Of a stretch of 64,000 bases of DNA, positions 17,490 through 26,629 are shown one piece after another. The notes beneath the pieces are model-generated. The model saw only the letters and a program-made list of their open reading frames with translations. It did no database searches and had not been told where the DNA came from. Source of the stretch: Candidatus Levyibacteriota bacterium (GTDB lineage: Bacteria; Patescibacteriota; Microgenomatia; Levybacterales; UBA12049); the NCBI GenBank assembly GCA_016182235.1, contig JACOXT010000003.1:66209-130208 (forward strand), written 5' to 3'. Every line of letters begins with the position of its first letter. Position 1 is the stretch's first letter. The translations under genes were made by a program, and so were the position numbers.

Positions 17490-17907
17490 TAGGGTAATTG
17501 TTGATTCAGACGCATTGATTGGATCGATCCATGAGGATGACAGTCTGCATAATCTGTGTTTGGGAGTCTCAATATATATGGCAAAAAACAGTTATGCTAC
17601 TATAGTGCCGTACCCGATAGTTCTGGAAGCTGCAACAACACTAGCGAGAGACAAAACCATAAAACGTCCTGATTTAGCATATAAATTACTTCAAGATTAT
17701 TCTTCAGTTGAAGAGAAACCTTTTTATGATTCAAATGTTGAGAGTTTAGTCGCCAAGCTTTACAATCCTAGAACTTCCAAGAGAAATAGTCCCTTTGACC
17801 ATTATGTTTTAGCTCTTGCGAAAAAAAACGATATTAAGCTTATATTCTCATTTGATTCTTTTTATAAGAAAAATGGCTTAACCCTAATGAAAGATGTAGT
17901 TGTATAA
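17467..17907 (+). CDS. PIN-domain ribonuclease toxin (VapC family)
   Basis: VIVDSDALIG carries the first acidic residue and the size is PIN-like. It is translationally coupled to the antitoxin. Confidence 0.7.
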   Translation: MTSIRGNNRVIVDSDALIGSIHEDDSLHNLCLGVSIYMAKNSYATIVPYPIVLEAATTLARDKTIKRPDLAYKLLQDYSSVEEKPFYDSNVESLVAKLYNPRTSKRNSPFDHYVLALAKKNDIKLIFSFDSFYKKNGLTLMKDVVV

Positions 17908-17925
17908 ATACTTCTACTTCGTCCG

Positions 17926-17964
17926 CCGTCGTTCTTCACAGAAGAGCTTTGGCGAGGCAAACCC
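17926..17964. repeat. GC-rich palindromic repeat (ttcttca..tgaagaa..ggcgaggcaa family)
   Basis: ccgtcgttcttcacagaagagctttggcgaggcaaaccc has a second copy at 36921-36957. Confidence 0.75.
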
Positions 17965-18068
17965 GCAAACAAAAGAGCACTTAGCATTCTAATGTTCAAA
18001 GCTAAACAACACCGGTATTGATGCTATTTGCCTCCTTGGAATTTGTTATAATATTAAGAAGTGATAGT

Positions 18069-18359
18069 ATGGGCAAAATAAATTTAGATGAAATTAAAAA
18101 TAAAGCTTTACCCATCTTAAAGGAGGCAGGGGTTACTCGGTCTGCCCTATTTGGTTCTGTTGTACGAGGTGAGGAAAGACAAGATAGTGATATTGATATG
18201 CTTGTTGATTTTCCGAGGGGAAAGGGACTTTTTGAATTTGCTGGTCTGCAATTTCAATTAGAAGATGCGCTGAAGAAAAAAGTTGATTTAGTGGAATATG
18301 AATCCTTAAATCCTCTTCTGAAAGAGCGTATTTTGACAGAGCAGGTACAAATTTTATGA
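18069..18359 (+). CDS. Nucleotidyltransferase antitoxin (MntA-type, type VII TA)
   Basis: The motif LFGSVVRGEERQDSDIDMLVDF (GSxxRG...DxD) is present. ATG 18069 is preferred over the ORF-track start 18018. Confidence 0.85.
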   Translation: MGKINLDEIKNKALPILKEAGVTRSALFGSVVRGEERQDSDIDMLVDFPRGKGLFEFAGLQFQLEDALKKKVDLVEYESLNPLLKERILTEQVQIL

Positions 18360-18700
18360 ATAAAGATGCAACAGTTTTTCTTAAGCATATTTTAGAGAGT
18401 ATTAACCTGATCGAGAAATATACGGAAAATATTACAGAAGAACAGTTTTTGCAATCTGTTGAGAAGCAAGATTTGGTGACACGGCGACTTGAAATAATTG
18501 GAGAGGCAATTCGTAATCTACCCGAGGAGTTTCGTAAAGAACATGAAGATATTGTGTGGAATAAAGCAATGGCAACACGGAATATCCTGATTCATCATTA
18601 TTTTGGTATCAACTTCAAAACTGTCTGGGATACAGTGACAATAAGTATCCCTGAGTTTAAAAAACAGATTCAAAAACTTCTTGAAGAATCAAAAGGGTAA
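18356..18700 (+). CDS. HEPN/DUF86 toxin (HepT-type)
   Basis: The Rx4H motif is RNILIHHY. There is a 4-nt overlap with the upstream nucleotidyltransferase gene. Confidence 0.85.
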   Translation: MNKDATVFLKHILESINLIEKYTENITEEQFLQSVEKQDLVTRRLEIIGEAIRNLPEEFRKEHEDIVWNKAMATRNILIHHYFGINFKTVWDTVTISIPEFKKQIQKLLEESKG

Positions 18701-18845
18701 GTTCGTGCAAACCTAAGGCTCGACCTCAAGGGTTGACGCTCGAAGACTTGTCGTCATCCTGAATTTATTTCAGGATCTTATACCTGAATAGTTAGATGTC
18801 GAAACCCGCTTCGCTGCGAGGCGAGCAAGTTCGGCATGACACGGA
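18701..18845. repeat. Cluster of three GC-rich palindromic repeat modules
   Basis: It includes tcgtcatcctgaatttatttcaggatc (18751-18777, the same family as 915-940) and atgtcgaa...ttcggcat (18796-18838). Confidence 0.7.
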
Positions 18846-19538
18846 TTACGGACTAGTAAATTGAAAGGTGGAGAGGATTTGGTCGAATGTTTGTAAATAT
18901 TGGGCATCTTTATTACCGCCATGATTTGCTTTAATTTGTATAACTTGTTGATTATTAAGTAAGAAAACTTCGATAAAATCACTTCCAAGCTCACTACCTG
19001 TAATTCTTTTTCCTTGAATCCCATTAAGATTAAAAGACTCATTTTTCTCGATCCGTACAGAACTTCCTGGATCTTCAGCAATAAGAGCAAGTTGACCTTG
19101 ACTCTTTATAAAATCTTCAAAAGATGTTGAACTTGTTTTAATAAGTCCTCTAATGGTAATAAAAAGTCCGTCATGAAGCTCTTGTCCTTGACGCTGCGTT
19201 TCACCCTTAATAGCTAAGCTAACCTCATCATCCCTTTCACTTAGATTCATTTCTAAAGGATATCTTAGGCTAAAGTTATATTGTTTATTTTCATAAGTTA
19301 TCCAATCTGTAGTTTCATCAGGAGTTGGGGAAGGGATTGTGGTTGGTACTACTGAACTTTGTTTGTTTGAGACTACTGTTTGATTTTGTTTTGTTCCCAG
19401 AATATAAGAACCTATGGTGACTAGAACAAATAGTATCCCAAGACCAATAGGGATAATTTTTGAACTGGGAGTATTATTTGAAGGCATTTGATTGTTATTA
19501 ACTTCTGGAGTCTGCGATACTTGATTTATATTGTCCAT
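18846..19538 (-). CDS. Membrane-anchored/secreted protein of the QILSTF(K/Q/R)F-tail family, unknown function
   Basis: It has a TM anchor, the linker GTKQNQTVVSNKQSSVVPT and a domain starting DWITYENKQYNFSLRYP and ending FDQILSTFQFTSP. Confidence 0.7.
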   Translation of the reverse strand: MDNINQVSQTPEVNNNQMPSNNTPSSKIIPIGLGILFVLVTIGSYILGTKQNQTVVSNKQSSVVPTTIPSPTPDETTDWITYENKQYNFSLRYPLEMNLSERDDEVSLAIKGETQRQGQELHDGLFITIRGLIKTSSTSFEDFIKSQGQLALIAEDPGSSVRIEKNESFNLNGIQGKRITGSELGSDFIEVFLLNNQQVIQIKANHGGNKDAQYLQTFDQILSTFQFTSP

Positions 19539-19594
19539 AATTAAACAATAGGGAAAGAAATAGTGAATGTCAAGGGTACCATACTATAAGATAT

Positions 19595-19623
19595 TTGTCA
19601 AGCAAAGATGAGTGGTATATACT
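19595..19623 (+). promoter_or_regulatory. Promoter TTGTCA-17-TATACT, 6 nt before ATG 19630
   Basis: Exact spacing was measured. The predicted TSS coincides with the A of the ATG. Confidence 0.6.
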
Positions 19624-19629
19624 AAATCT

Positions 19630-19947
19630 ATGCTGCCTGTTAGGTTTCTGAAGTTCTGGTATTTGGAGGCTCCAAGGGGTTTAATTGCTTATTTTGTTTC
19701 CCTGAACTCTGCCTTTCTCCATCTTTTCTCTCTTCCGCTTTTAGTCAAAACTTATTTCAGACCCTGGAAAAATGAATACAGAGAAGGCTTGGTTGGGTTT
19801 TCTGTAGGAATGGGAATTTTTATTAAGACGTTTGTCATTGCGGTTGATATTTTGCTATTTTTTCTTCTTTTATTAGCCCAAGCTCTAGTTTTTGCTGGTT
19901 TTATTCTTTGGCCGATAGTAACTGTAGCTTTTCTTTTTCAGGGATAA
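19630..19947 (+). CDS. Small membrane protein preceding the Clp-like ATPase
   Basis: MLPVRFLKFWYLEAPRGL... with two C-terminal TM helices. The ORF-track GTG 19612 lies inside the promoter. Confidence 0.55.
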   Translation: MLPVRFLKFWYLEAPRGLIAYFVSLNSAFLHLFSLPLLVKTYFRPWKNEYREGLVGFSVGMGIFIKTFVIAVDILLFFLLLLAQALVFAGFILWPIVTVAFLFQG

Positions 19948-19951
19948 ACTT

Positions 19952-22348
19952 ATGTTTGAATACGCAAGAATCTATCATTTCTACAATCTTTTATTGGTAA
20001 GGATTATTAGATTGTTCGTTTTTATATTCTTAATATTGTTTTCTATTATTCAAATAGCGACCTTATACGCAATATCTATTCTCTTTGAGCCAATTAATAT
20101 ACTTTCCCAAAATATTCCTTTATTTTTTTTGTCAATTTTTTTGATGTTTGAGATTTTCTTACGCTTTAAGATTGCAAGAGCTTCTCCCCCACTGAGTCTT
20201 AAGGATAATCAAACAAAGAAGATTTTTGACTCATTTACTTTAGAGGCATTGAGCATTTTCGTTACCTCAAAAAGCACAAAAAATATCATAAAGTCTCTTC
20301 TTAACAAATCTCAAGTTAAATTTATCTTGCAAAAAGGAGATTTTGAAGAAAAAGATATTAAACCCTTGGAAATCCCGAAAGAATCTTTGGCAAAATATGC
20401 ATTTGAAACTGCGAAAAATTTGAATGGAAAATTCGTCACGACCATGGATTTAATTACATCCTATCTTTTATTGACAGAATATCAGACTAATCTTTTGTTC
20501 AATAAGAAGCTCAAGAAAGAAGAGCTTGTCAATATTCTTTTTTGGGCAAGAAATTCTTTTAAAAGTGAGGAAGAAATTAAGCCAATAAGATTTGAATTTT
20601 GGGGCGAGGGAATTGGGGAGTCATGGGTTTATGGCTGGACAGTTGAGACGCAAAAATACATGGTTGATATTGCATCTGAAGCGCTGGCTAAAAAGCCACT
20701 CCTAATAGGTAGAGAGCAAGAATACAAGAAAGTTGTAGAAGCGCTTAGTAATTATAAATCTGTAGTTTTGGTAGGTGAACCTGGAAGCGGGAAAAATACT
20801 CTTGTTGAATCTCTGGTTTTCGAAAGCTTTATGGGCAATTTGAGAGGAAATTTGTATCACAAGAGATTTTACCAGCTTTTGGTTGATACTCTTCTTGCTG
20901 GAACTCAGAATCAAGGAGAACTTCAGGAACGCTTGGACGATGTTATTGCAGAAATCAGTCATTCAATAAACATTATTATTTACATTCCTAATTTCGAAAG
21001 TATTATGGGTTCTTCAACTTTTAATACAGACCTTTCAGGAGTACTTATTCCGTATCTTCAAAAAGGAAAAATTCAATTCATTGCAAGTGTCACGCCTTCT
21101 TCTTACAAAAGATTTATAGAGCCAAAACACACATTAACAAATCTTCTTACAAGTGTTCATTTTGAAGAGCCTGATAAAAAAGACGCGCTCCAAATGCTTT
21201 TTATGAAAACTCCAGCAATTGAGGCAAAACATAAAGTGTCAATCTCGTATAAGGGAGTTTTGACAGCAAATGATTTCTCTTCCAAGTATTTGCCAAATAC
21301 AGTTATGCCGGGACGAGGAGTCACTCTTCTTGAGGATACTGCAAATAAAGTTGTGCTGTCAGGAAGAAAAATTGTTGAAGAAGAAGATGTGATTTCTGAG
21401 ATTGAGGAAAAAACAAAAGTTGCTATTGGAAAACCAAAAGAAAAAGAGAAGAGTTTACTTTTGCATCTTGAGGATGAGCTTCATAAATATATTATTAATC
21501 AAAAAGAAGCAGTTTTTGAGATTTCAGAGGCTTTAAGAAGGCTGCGCGCCGGCCTTACAACAAAAGAAAAACCAATTTCTTTTCTTTTTTTAGGCCCAAC
21601 CGGAGTTGGCAAGACAGAGACGGCAAAAGCGCTATCTAAGGTTTATTTTGGGCAAGAAAGTCAGATGGTTAGGTTTGACATGAGCGAATTTGGAGAAAGC
21701 GGAAGCGTTAATCGTTTCTTGGGAGAAGAAGGAGAAGGACTTACCGATATGGTTTTTGACCATCCTTTTTCACTAGTACTTCTTGATGAATTTGAGAAAT
21801 CAAATCCAAAAATTATTGATCTTTTTTTACAAGTTTTGGATGATGGAAGACTCACTGATATTAAGGGAAAAACAATCTCTTTCGTAGACACTATTATTAT
21901 TGCGACATCTAATGCAGCTTCTGAATATATTAGAGAAGAGGTAAATAAGGGCACACAAATTGACAAAAATTTCCAAAAGAATTTACTTAATTTCTTACAA
22001 GAGAAAGGAATTTTTAGGCCTGAGATGCTAAATAGATTTGATGGCGTTATCGTTTTTAAGCCCTTGGGAGAAAAAGAGGTAGGACAAATTATTAAGCTTT
22101 TGCTAAAGGAACTTTCAGATAAGCTTTTAGAAAAAGATATAATGGTTAATTTTGATCAAAAAATAATTGAGAAGATTTCAAAGGAAGGGTTTGATGAGGA
22201 ATTCGGCGCTCGTCCCTTGCGCCGCTTTATACAGGACAGCATAGAAGATCAGATAGCAAAGATGTTATTGAAAGATGAGATAAAAAGAGGAGATAAAATC
22301 AATTTGTCCGTTGATGGAGCTGGCAACTTTCAGATCATAAAAATATGA
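19952..22348 (+). CDS. Clp/Hsp100-family AAA+ ATPase with N-terminal transmembrane region and degenerate first nucleotide-binding domain
   Basis: The N-terminal ~75 aa are hydrophobic. NBD1 has Walker A GEPGSGKN (N instead of T/S) and no DE Walker B (IIYIPNFES). NBD2 is intact (GPTGVGKTETAKAL, LVLLDEFEKS, GARPLRRFIQ). Confidence 0.85.
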   Translation: MFEYARIYHFYNLLLVRIIRLFVFIFLILFSIIQIATLYAISILFEPINILSQNIPLFFLSIFLMFEIFLRFKIARASPPLSLKDNQTKKIFDSFTLEALSIFVTSKSTKNIIKSLLNKSQVKFILQKGDFEEKDIKPLEIPKESLAKYAFETAKNLNGKFVTTMDLITSYLLLTEYQTNLLFNKKLKKEELVNILFWARNSFKSEEEIKPIRFEFWGEGIGESWVYGWTVETQKYMVDIASEALAKKPLLIGREQEYKKVVEALSNYKSVVLVGEPGSGKNTLVESLVFESFMGNLRGNLYHKRFYQLLVDTLLAGTQNQGELQERLDDVIAEISHSINIIIYIPNFESIMGSSTFNTDLSGVLIPYLQKGKIQFIASVTPSSYKRFIEPKHTLTNLLTSVHFEEPDKKDALQMLFMKTPAIEAKHKVSISYKGVLTANDFSSKYLPNTVMPGRGVTLLEDTANKVVLSGRKIVEEEDVISEIEEKTKVAIGKPKEKEKSLLLHLEDELHKYIINQKEAVFEISEALRRLRAGLTTKEKPISFLFLGPTGVGKTETAKALSKVYFGQESQMVRFDMSEFGESGSVNRFLGEEGEGLTDMVFDHPFSLVLLDEFEKSNPKIIDLFLQVLDDGRLTDIKGKTISFVDTIIIATSNAASEYIREEVNKGTQIDKNFQKNLLNFLQEKGIFRPEMLNRFDGVIVFKPLGEKEVGQIIKLLLKELSDKLLEKDIMVNFDQKIIEKISKEGFDEEFGARPLRRFIQDSIEDQIAKMLLKDEIKRGDKINLSVDGAGNFQIIKI

Positions 22349-22752
22349 ATGAGAAAGTAAGCGGATATTCTTTGCTTCTTGTTGGACTTTTGATCATGAT
22401 TTTTTGCGTTGTGAATGTATTTATGGTTTTCACCAACAAAGCAAAGCCTTTTCAAGTTTTTAATACTGAATCCAACAGCAAGTCTGAGAGCTCTTTAAAT
22501 ATCAACGATCTTCTTAAGCAAATTCAAAGCGGCAACCAAAATGCTTTTGACCAATCCATCCAACAGCCCAATATTGATATTCTCCCTGCCGAAGTTTTAA
22601 ATCAAAGTCTTAATCTGACTACCCATTTTTTCTTGATGAGTTTTATACTGGGTTTTGGATATAAATTGGCAAGTCTTGGAACCCAATTAATTCGCCCAAT
22701 CAATGTAAAACTTAAATCAAATCTCGATCCCTCCACAAACAAAGTCAATTAA
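22345..22752 (+). CDS. Small membrane protein, unknown function
   Basis: 135 aa with TM helices at both ends, overlapping the Clp-like stop by 4 nt. Confidence 0.5.
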   Translation: MNEKVSGYSLLLVGLLIMIFCVVNVFMVFTNKAKPFQVFNTESNSKSESSLNINDLLKQIQSGNQNAFDQSIQQPNIDILPAEVLNQSLNLTTHFFLMSFILGFGYKLASLGTQLIRPINVKLKSNLDPSTNKVN

Positions 22753-22757
22753 AACGC

Positions 22758-22786
22758 TTGACAGAATTTGTTTGATTTAGGATAAT
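22758..22786 (+). promoter_or_regulatory. Promoter TTGACA-17-GATAAT, 6 nt before ATG 22793
   Basis: Exact spacing was measured from the sequence. Confidence 0.6.
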
Positions 22787-22792
22787 GAAGAT

Positions 22793-23473
22793 ATGGATAG
22801 TCAAACTCAAGGACAGCAATCTGCCAATACCGATATTTCTTCCCAGTCGACCAATTCTAACCAGTGGTTAAGAACATTGGGCATTGGGTTTGGAATAGTA
22901 TCTTTTGGAATCGCCATTGGAGTTATTGGATATCTATTAGGAACAAAACAAAATCAAACTGTAGTCCAAAACCAACAAAGCTCAGTAGTTCCAACTCTAT
23001 CTCAACCTTCCCCAACTGCTATTGACGAAACCGCAAACTGGAAGACATATACCGACGACAAATATAGTTTCCAATTTAAATATCCATCTGAATGGGTAAT
23101 TGCTTCAAAATTGGATAACGCTCTGGAAGGTGTTGCTAGATACATTGCATTAACAGATCCTTTGTTATCTGAGTCTGCTTCGCTAGTTTTTTCTATTCAG
23201 ATAAAACCAAATTCATCTTATTCTAATGAGCTTACGAAAACAAAAGCAGATATAGGAGCGAGTGAAGAGCATAACATTGTTATATCTGGTATTGACGGTA
23301 AGAAATACTCTACGGTTGGAGAAGCAACAGGTCCTGGTCCAGATAAACTTTCATCATATGTCTTGCCATTGAATGGAGGTTCTTTTCTAATCACTATTGC
23401 TCCAGAGCAGGAAAACAAAAATTATACCGCTACAATAGACCAAATCCTCTCTACCTTCAAATTTGTTGATTAA
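22793..23473 (+). CDS. QILSTF-tail family paralog
   Basis: TM anchor, GTKQNQTVVQNQQSSVVPT, ANWKTYTDDKYSFQFKYPSEW, ending IDQILSTFKFVD. Confidence 0.7.
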   Translation: MDSQTQGQQSANTDISSQSTNSNQWLRTLGIGFGIVSFGIAIGVIGYLLGTKQNQTVVQNQQSSVVPTLSQPSPTAIDETANWKTYTDDKYSFQFKYPSEWVIASKLDNALEGVARYIALTDPLLSESASLVFSIQIKPNSSYSNELTKTKADIGASEEHNIVISGIDGKKYSTVGEATGPGPDKLSSYVLPLNGGSFLITIAPEQENKNYTATIDQILSTFKFVD

Positions 23474-23482
23474 TTAAAAGTA

Positions 23483-23719
23483 CTATTTTTTATAGACCTC
23501 ATCATGGGTGCCGATGTCAGTAAAAATCTCAGAATTTCTTTTAAACTCTAATTTTTGATAATATTCCGATTTCCACTTAGCGGATGCGCCACGACACCAA
23601 GATTGCGCAAATAGACGCTTTTTTAACTTGTTTGGTTTAATAACATCTTTTGTTTTACGGTATGCCATATAAAGATTATACATGAACGGCGATAACAGAT
23701 TCAGATTCAAATTCATCAC
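23483..23719 (-). CDS. Small ORF; the C-terminus (DIGTHDEVYKK) resembles RelE/ParE-type toxin ends, possibly a fragment
   Basis: The evidence is the ORF plus a weak C-terminal motif resemblance. No partner antitoxin is present. Confidence 0.3.
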   Translation of the reverse strand: MMNLNLNLLSPFMYNLYMAYRKTKDVIKPNKLKKRLFAQSWCRGASAKWKSEYYQKLEFKRNSEIFTDIGTHDEVYKK

Positions 23720-23727
23720 TCCTTGAT

Positions 23728-23810
23728 GTCATTGCGAGCGAAGCGAAGCAAGCTCTTGCTATTTGGGATTGCTTCGTCTCCTTCGGCAAGCTCAGGATCC
23801 TCGCAATGAC
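23728..23810. repeat. Long GC-rich palindromic repeat (gtcattgcgag ... ctcgcaatgac)
   Basis: It has 11-bp terminal inverted arms and an inner hairpin gaagcaa/ttgcttc. Confidence 0.75.
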
Positions 23811-23821
23811 ATTTATTCGTG

Positions 23822-23850
23822 TTGAATAGGAAGGCTGAACCTGGTATACT
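23822..23850 (+). promoter_or_regulatory. nusA promoter TTGAAT-17-TATACT, 10 nt before ATG 23861
   Basis: It lies inside the ORF-track N-terminal extension, which starts at 23819. Confidence 0.6.
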
Positions 23851-23860
23851 TAGAAACACT

Positions 23861-25018
23861 ATGCCGGCAGTTCAAAGAAGCGAATTTTTGTTAGCTCTAA
23901 ATCAAGTCGCCAACGAGCGCGGCGTTGATGTTGAAGTGGTTTTAGATACAGTTAAAAATGCAATCCTAGCCGCCTACAAAAAGGATCACCCTGATATAGA
24001 AATTGAGGAATTCACTACGACTTTGGATAAAAATACCGGAGAAGCTAAAATTTCACACAACAGTAAAGACGTTACTCCTCCTGGTTTTGGAAGGATTGCC
24101 GCTCAGACCGCAAGACAAGTAATACTTCAAAAAATTAGAGAAAAAGAAAAAGAAGCAATAATTGCCGATTATAAGCTGAGGATTGGTACTATTGTAAACG
24201 GCATGATCTTACGATTTGCCGGACCAAATATTATTGTTGATGTCGGGAAAACAGAAGCATTGATGCCGTCTCAAGAGCAGATTCCAAACGAAAAATATCA
24301 TTTGAATCAAAGGCTAGCCGTGTATATTCTAGAAATTAGAGAGGGACTGAAAGGAGAGGATATAATAGTATCAAGGTCTAGTAATGGGCTTTTGGAAGGA
24401 TTATTTAAAAGGGAGGTTCCGGAGGTTAGTAAAGGAAATGTCGTTATCAAAAATATCGCAAGGGAGCCTGGCGCAAGAAGTAAAGTAGCTGTATATTCAA
24501 ATCAATCAGGAATTGATCCTGTTGGAAGCTGTGTCGGACAAAGAGGAGTAAGAGTTCAGGCTATAATAGCCGAGTTTGGAGGACTTGAAAAAATAGACAT
24601 TATTCAATGGCATGAAAATATTAAAGATTATATTGCCCAATCCCTGTCTCCCGCTAAGAATGTAAGAGTTGAGATTGAAAAAGAGGAAGACTCGAAGAGC
24701 CCGGGGCAAGAAAAGACTGCTCATGTATTTGTTCCAAGTACGGAATTATCGCTTGCAATTGGCAGAGAAGGACAAAACGTTCGTCTAGCTTCTAGATTAA
24801 CAGGTTATAGAATTGAGATAGAAGAAGAGATAAAAGAGGAAAAACCTTTAGCTACCGAAGAACAGTCCCGCGAAGCGGGATCTGGCTCCGCCAGAAAAAC
24901 AGAGGAAGCACAGAGGGTTAAGGATGCAGGTAAAGTTAGCGATAAAGCGATTACAGAAAAAGAAGAAGTAAGCTCTAAAGTTGAAGCTAAACCAGTTGAG
25001 AAAAAAAAGAAGAAATAA
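23861..25018 (+). CDS. nusA: Transcription termination/antitermination factor NusA
   Basis: MPAVQRSEFLLALNQVANERGVD... has S1 and KH regions and an acidic/lysine-rich tail. Confidence 0.93.
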   Translation: MPAVQRSEFLLALNQVANERGVDVEVVLDTVKNAILAAYKKDHPDIEIEEFTTTLDKNTGEAKISHNSKDVTPPGFGRIAAQTARQVILQKIREKEKEAIIADYKLRIGTIVNGMILRFAGPNIIVDVGKTEALMPSQEQIPNEKYHLNQRLAVYILEIREGLKGEDIIVSRSSNGLLEGLFKREVPEVSKGNVVIKNIAREPGARSKVAVYSNQSGIDPVGSCVGQRGVRVQAIIAEFGGLEKIDIIQWHENIKDYIAQSLSPAKNVRVEIEKEEDSKSPGQEKTAHVFVPSTELSLAIGREGQNVRLASRLTGYRIEIEEEIKEEKPLATEEQSREAGSGSARKTEEAQRVKDAGKVSDKAITEKEEVSSKVEAKPVEKKKKK

Positions 25019-25127
25019 TTTGAAATTTTCAATTTGAAATTTGAAATCAAATATAAATTTTAAAATTTAAAACCATTTAAAATTCATTGAAAATTAAAAA
25101 TTTTAAATTTAAAATTAATCGTATGTT

Positions 25128-26624
25128 ATGGCAAATAAAAAAGTTCATAAGCAATCCTCAAAAGAATCTGTAAATTATCCGCCTGTAGTCGCTGTTTTGG
25201 GTCACGTAGATCATGGAAAAACAACCCTTCTTGATGCTATTCGTAAAACCGATGTTGTGACAAGAGAGCATGGGGGCATAACACAAGGGATCGGAGCATC
25301 AAGTATCGAGATCGCCGTTGAAGGAAAAAAAAGAAAAATTACTTTTATTGACACGCCTGGACACGAAGCTTTCTCGCTTATGCGAGGACGCGGAACGCAG
25401 GCGGGAGATTTAGGTCTTTTAGTGGTTTCATCTATTGATGGAGTAATGCCTCAGACAAGAGATAGTATAAAGCTTCTTAAAGAGGGAAAGATACCTTTTA
25501 TTGTTGTTTTGACCAAGATTGACCTTCCTGAAAAAAATGAGGATAAAGTTAAACGGCAATTATTAAAAGAAGAAGTATTGCTTGAGGGATATGGAGGAGA
25601 CGTTCCATATATTGCTGTTTCTGCAAAAGAAAATATAAACATTAAGGAGCTTCTTGAATTGATTCTTCTAGTCTTCGATATGGGCGGGACAAAAGATCTT
25701 TCGGAAAAAGGACAATTTAAAGCTATTGTTATTGAATCAAGATTGGATCAAAAAGCAGGCCCTAGGGCAACGATTGTTATCAAAAACGGAAGTTTGTCCA
25801 TAAGAGATGAAATAATTTGCAACTCATTGATTGCGCGCGTAAGGACAATTATAAATGATAAGGGACAGCACTTAAATACAGCAAAACTTGGGGAAGCGGT
25901 CGAAGTTTTAGGATTTGAAAAAGTACCTCCAATTGGAGAGATTGTGACCAAAAAAGGCGCTGAGGTCGCCCACGATCCCGCTAAGCAAGATGTAGGCTCC
26001 CCGCGCCCTCTTGAAATTCCTCCAGATTTTTTAGCTCCAAAAGAAGAACCTAAGCTTTCAGTAATTCTTTGTGCGGATAATTTGGGGTCTTTGGAGGCAA
26101 TTTCCAAAGCAATACCCCAAGAAATAAGTATTGTTCTTCAAAAAACAGGAGACATCTCATCGGCTGATATTTTGTTAGCAAAAACGATGAATGCAATTGT
26201 ATTGGGATTTAATATAAAGATTAAGCCAGAGATTTTAAAATTTGCGAGCCAAGAGAAAGTTCTGGTAAAAAATTATAGGATTATTTATGAATTAATAGAT
26301 GAAATAAAGGACGTTTTGAAAGGCAAGGAATTGGCTCTAGAAGAGGAGATCTATGGTAAGGCAAAGATTATAGCTTCCTTCCCATTTGAGAAAACGAAGG
26401 TTTTGGGAATCAAAGTCTTGGAAGGAAGAGTGGCTCGCGGAGACAAAGTAAGACTTATAAGCCGATCAAGAGATAAGGATGTAATTATTGGGGAAGCAGT
26501 TGTTAGCTCTTTAAGAGTTGGAAAAAACTCAGTTTCCAAGGTCGAAGAAGGACATGAAGGAGGCATACTTCTCTCCCCTTTCCTTGACTTTACTATAGGA
26601 GATATGTTAATATGCCATAGCTAA
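25128..26624 (+). CDS. infB: Translation initiation factor IF-2 (short form starting at the G domain)
   Basis: PPVVAVLGHVDHGKTTLLD, DTPGHEAF, TKIDL, 498 aa. Confidence 0.95.
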   Translation: MANKKVHKQSSKESVNYPPVVAVLGHVDHGKTTLLDAIRKTDVVTREHGGITQGIGASSIEIAVEGKKRKITFIDTPGHEAFSLMRGRGTQAGDLGLLVVSSIDGVMPQTRDSIKLLKEGKIPFIVVLTKIDLPEKNEDKVKRQLLKEEVLLEGYGGDVPYIAVSAKENINIKELLELILLVFDMGGTKDLSEKGQFKAIVIESRLDQKAGPRATIVIKNGSLSIRDEIICNSLIARVRTIINDKGQHLNTAKLGEAVEVLGFEKVPPIGEIVTKKGAEVAHDPAKQDVGSPRPLEIPPDFLAPKEEPKLSVILCADNLGSLEAISKAIPQEISIVLQKTGDISSADILLAKTMNAIVLGFNIKIKPEILKFASQEKVLVKNYRIIYELIDEIKDVLKGKELALEEEIYGKAKIIASFPFEKTKVLGIKVLEGRVARGDKVRLISRSRDKDVIIGEAVVSSLRVGKNSVSKVEEGHEGGILLSPFLDFTIGDMLICHS

Positions 26625-26629
26625 TCTGT

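Noticed and set aside
23483-23719. Calling the 78-aa ORF a RelE/ParE toxin
   Set aside because: Only the last ~10 residues resemble toxin C-termini, the length is too short and no antitoxin partner is present. It is kept as a low-confidence ORF only.
25019-25127. AT-rich short-repeat tracts (also 27630-27740, 40950-41100, 58588-58683), considered as CRISPR arrays or microsatellites
   Set aside because: They have no constant repeat unit of CRISPR length, no regular spacer periodicity and no cas genes. They look like low-complexity inverted repeats or terminator-type hairpins.
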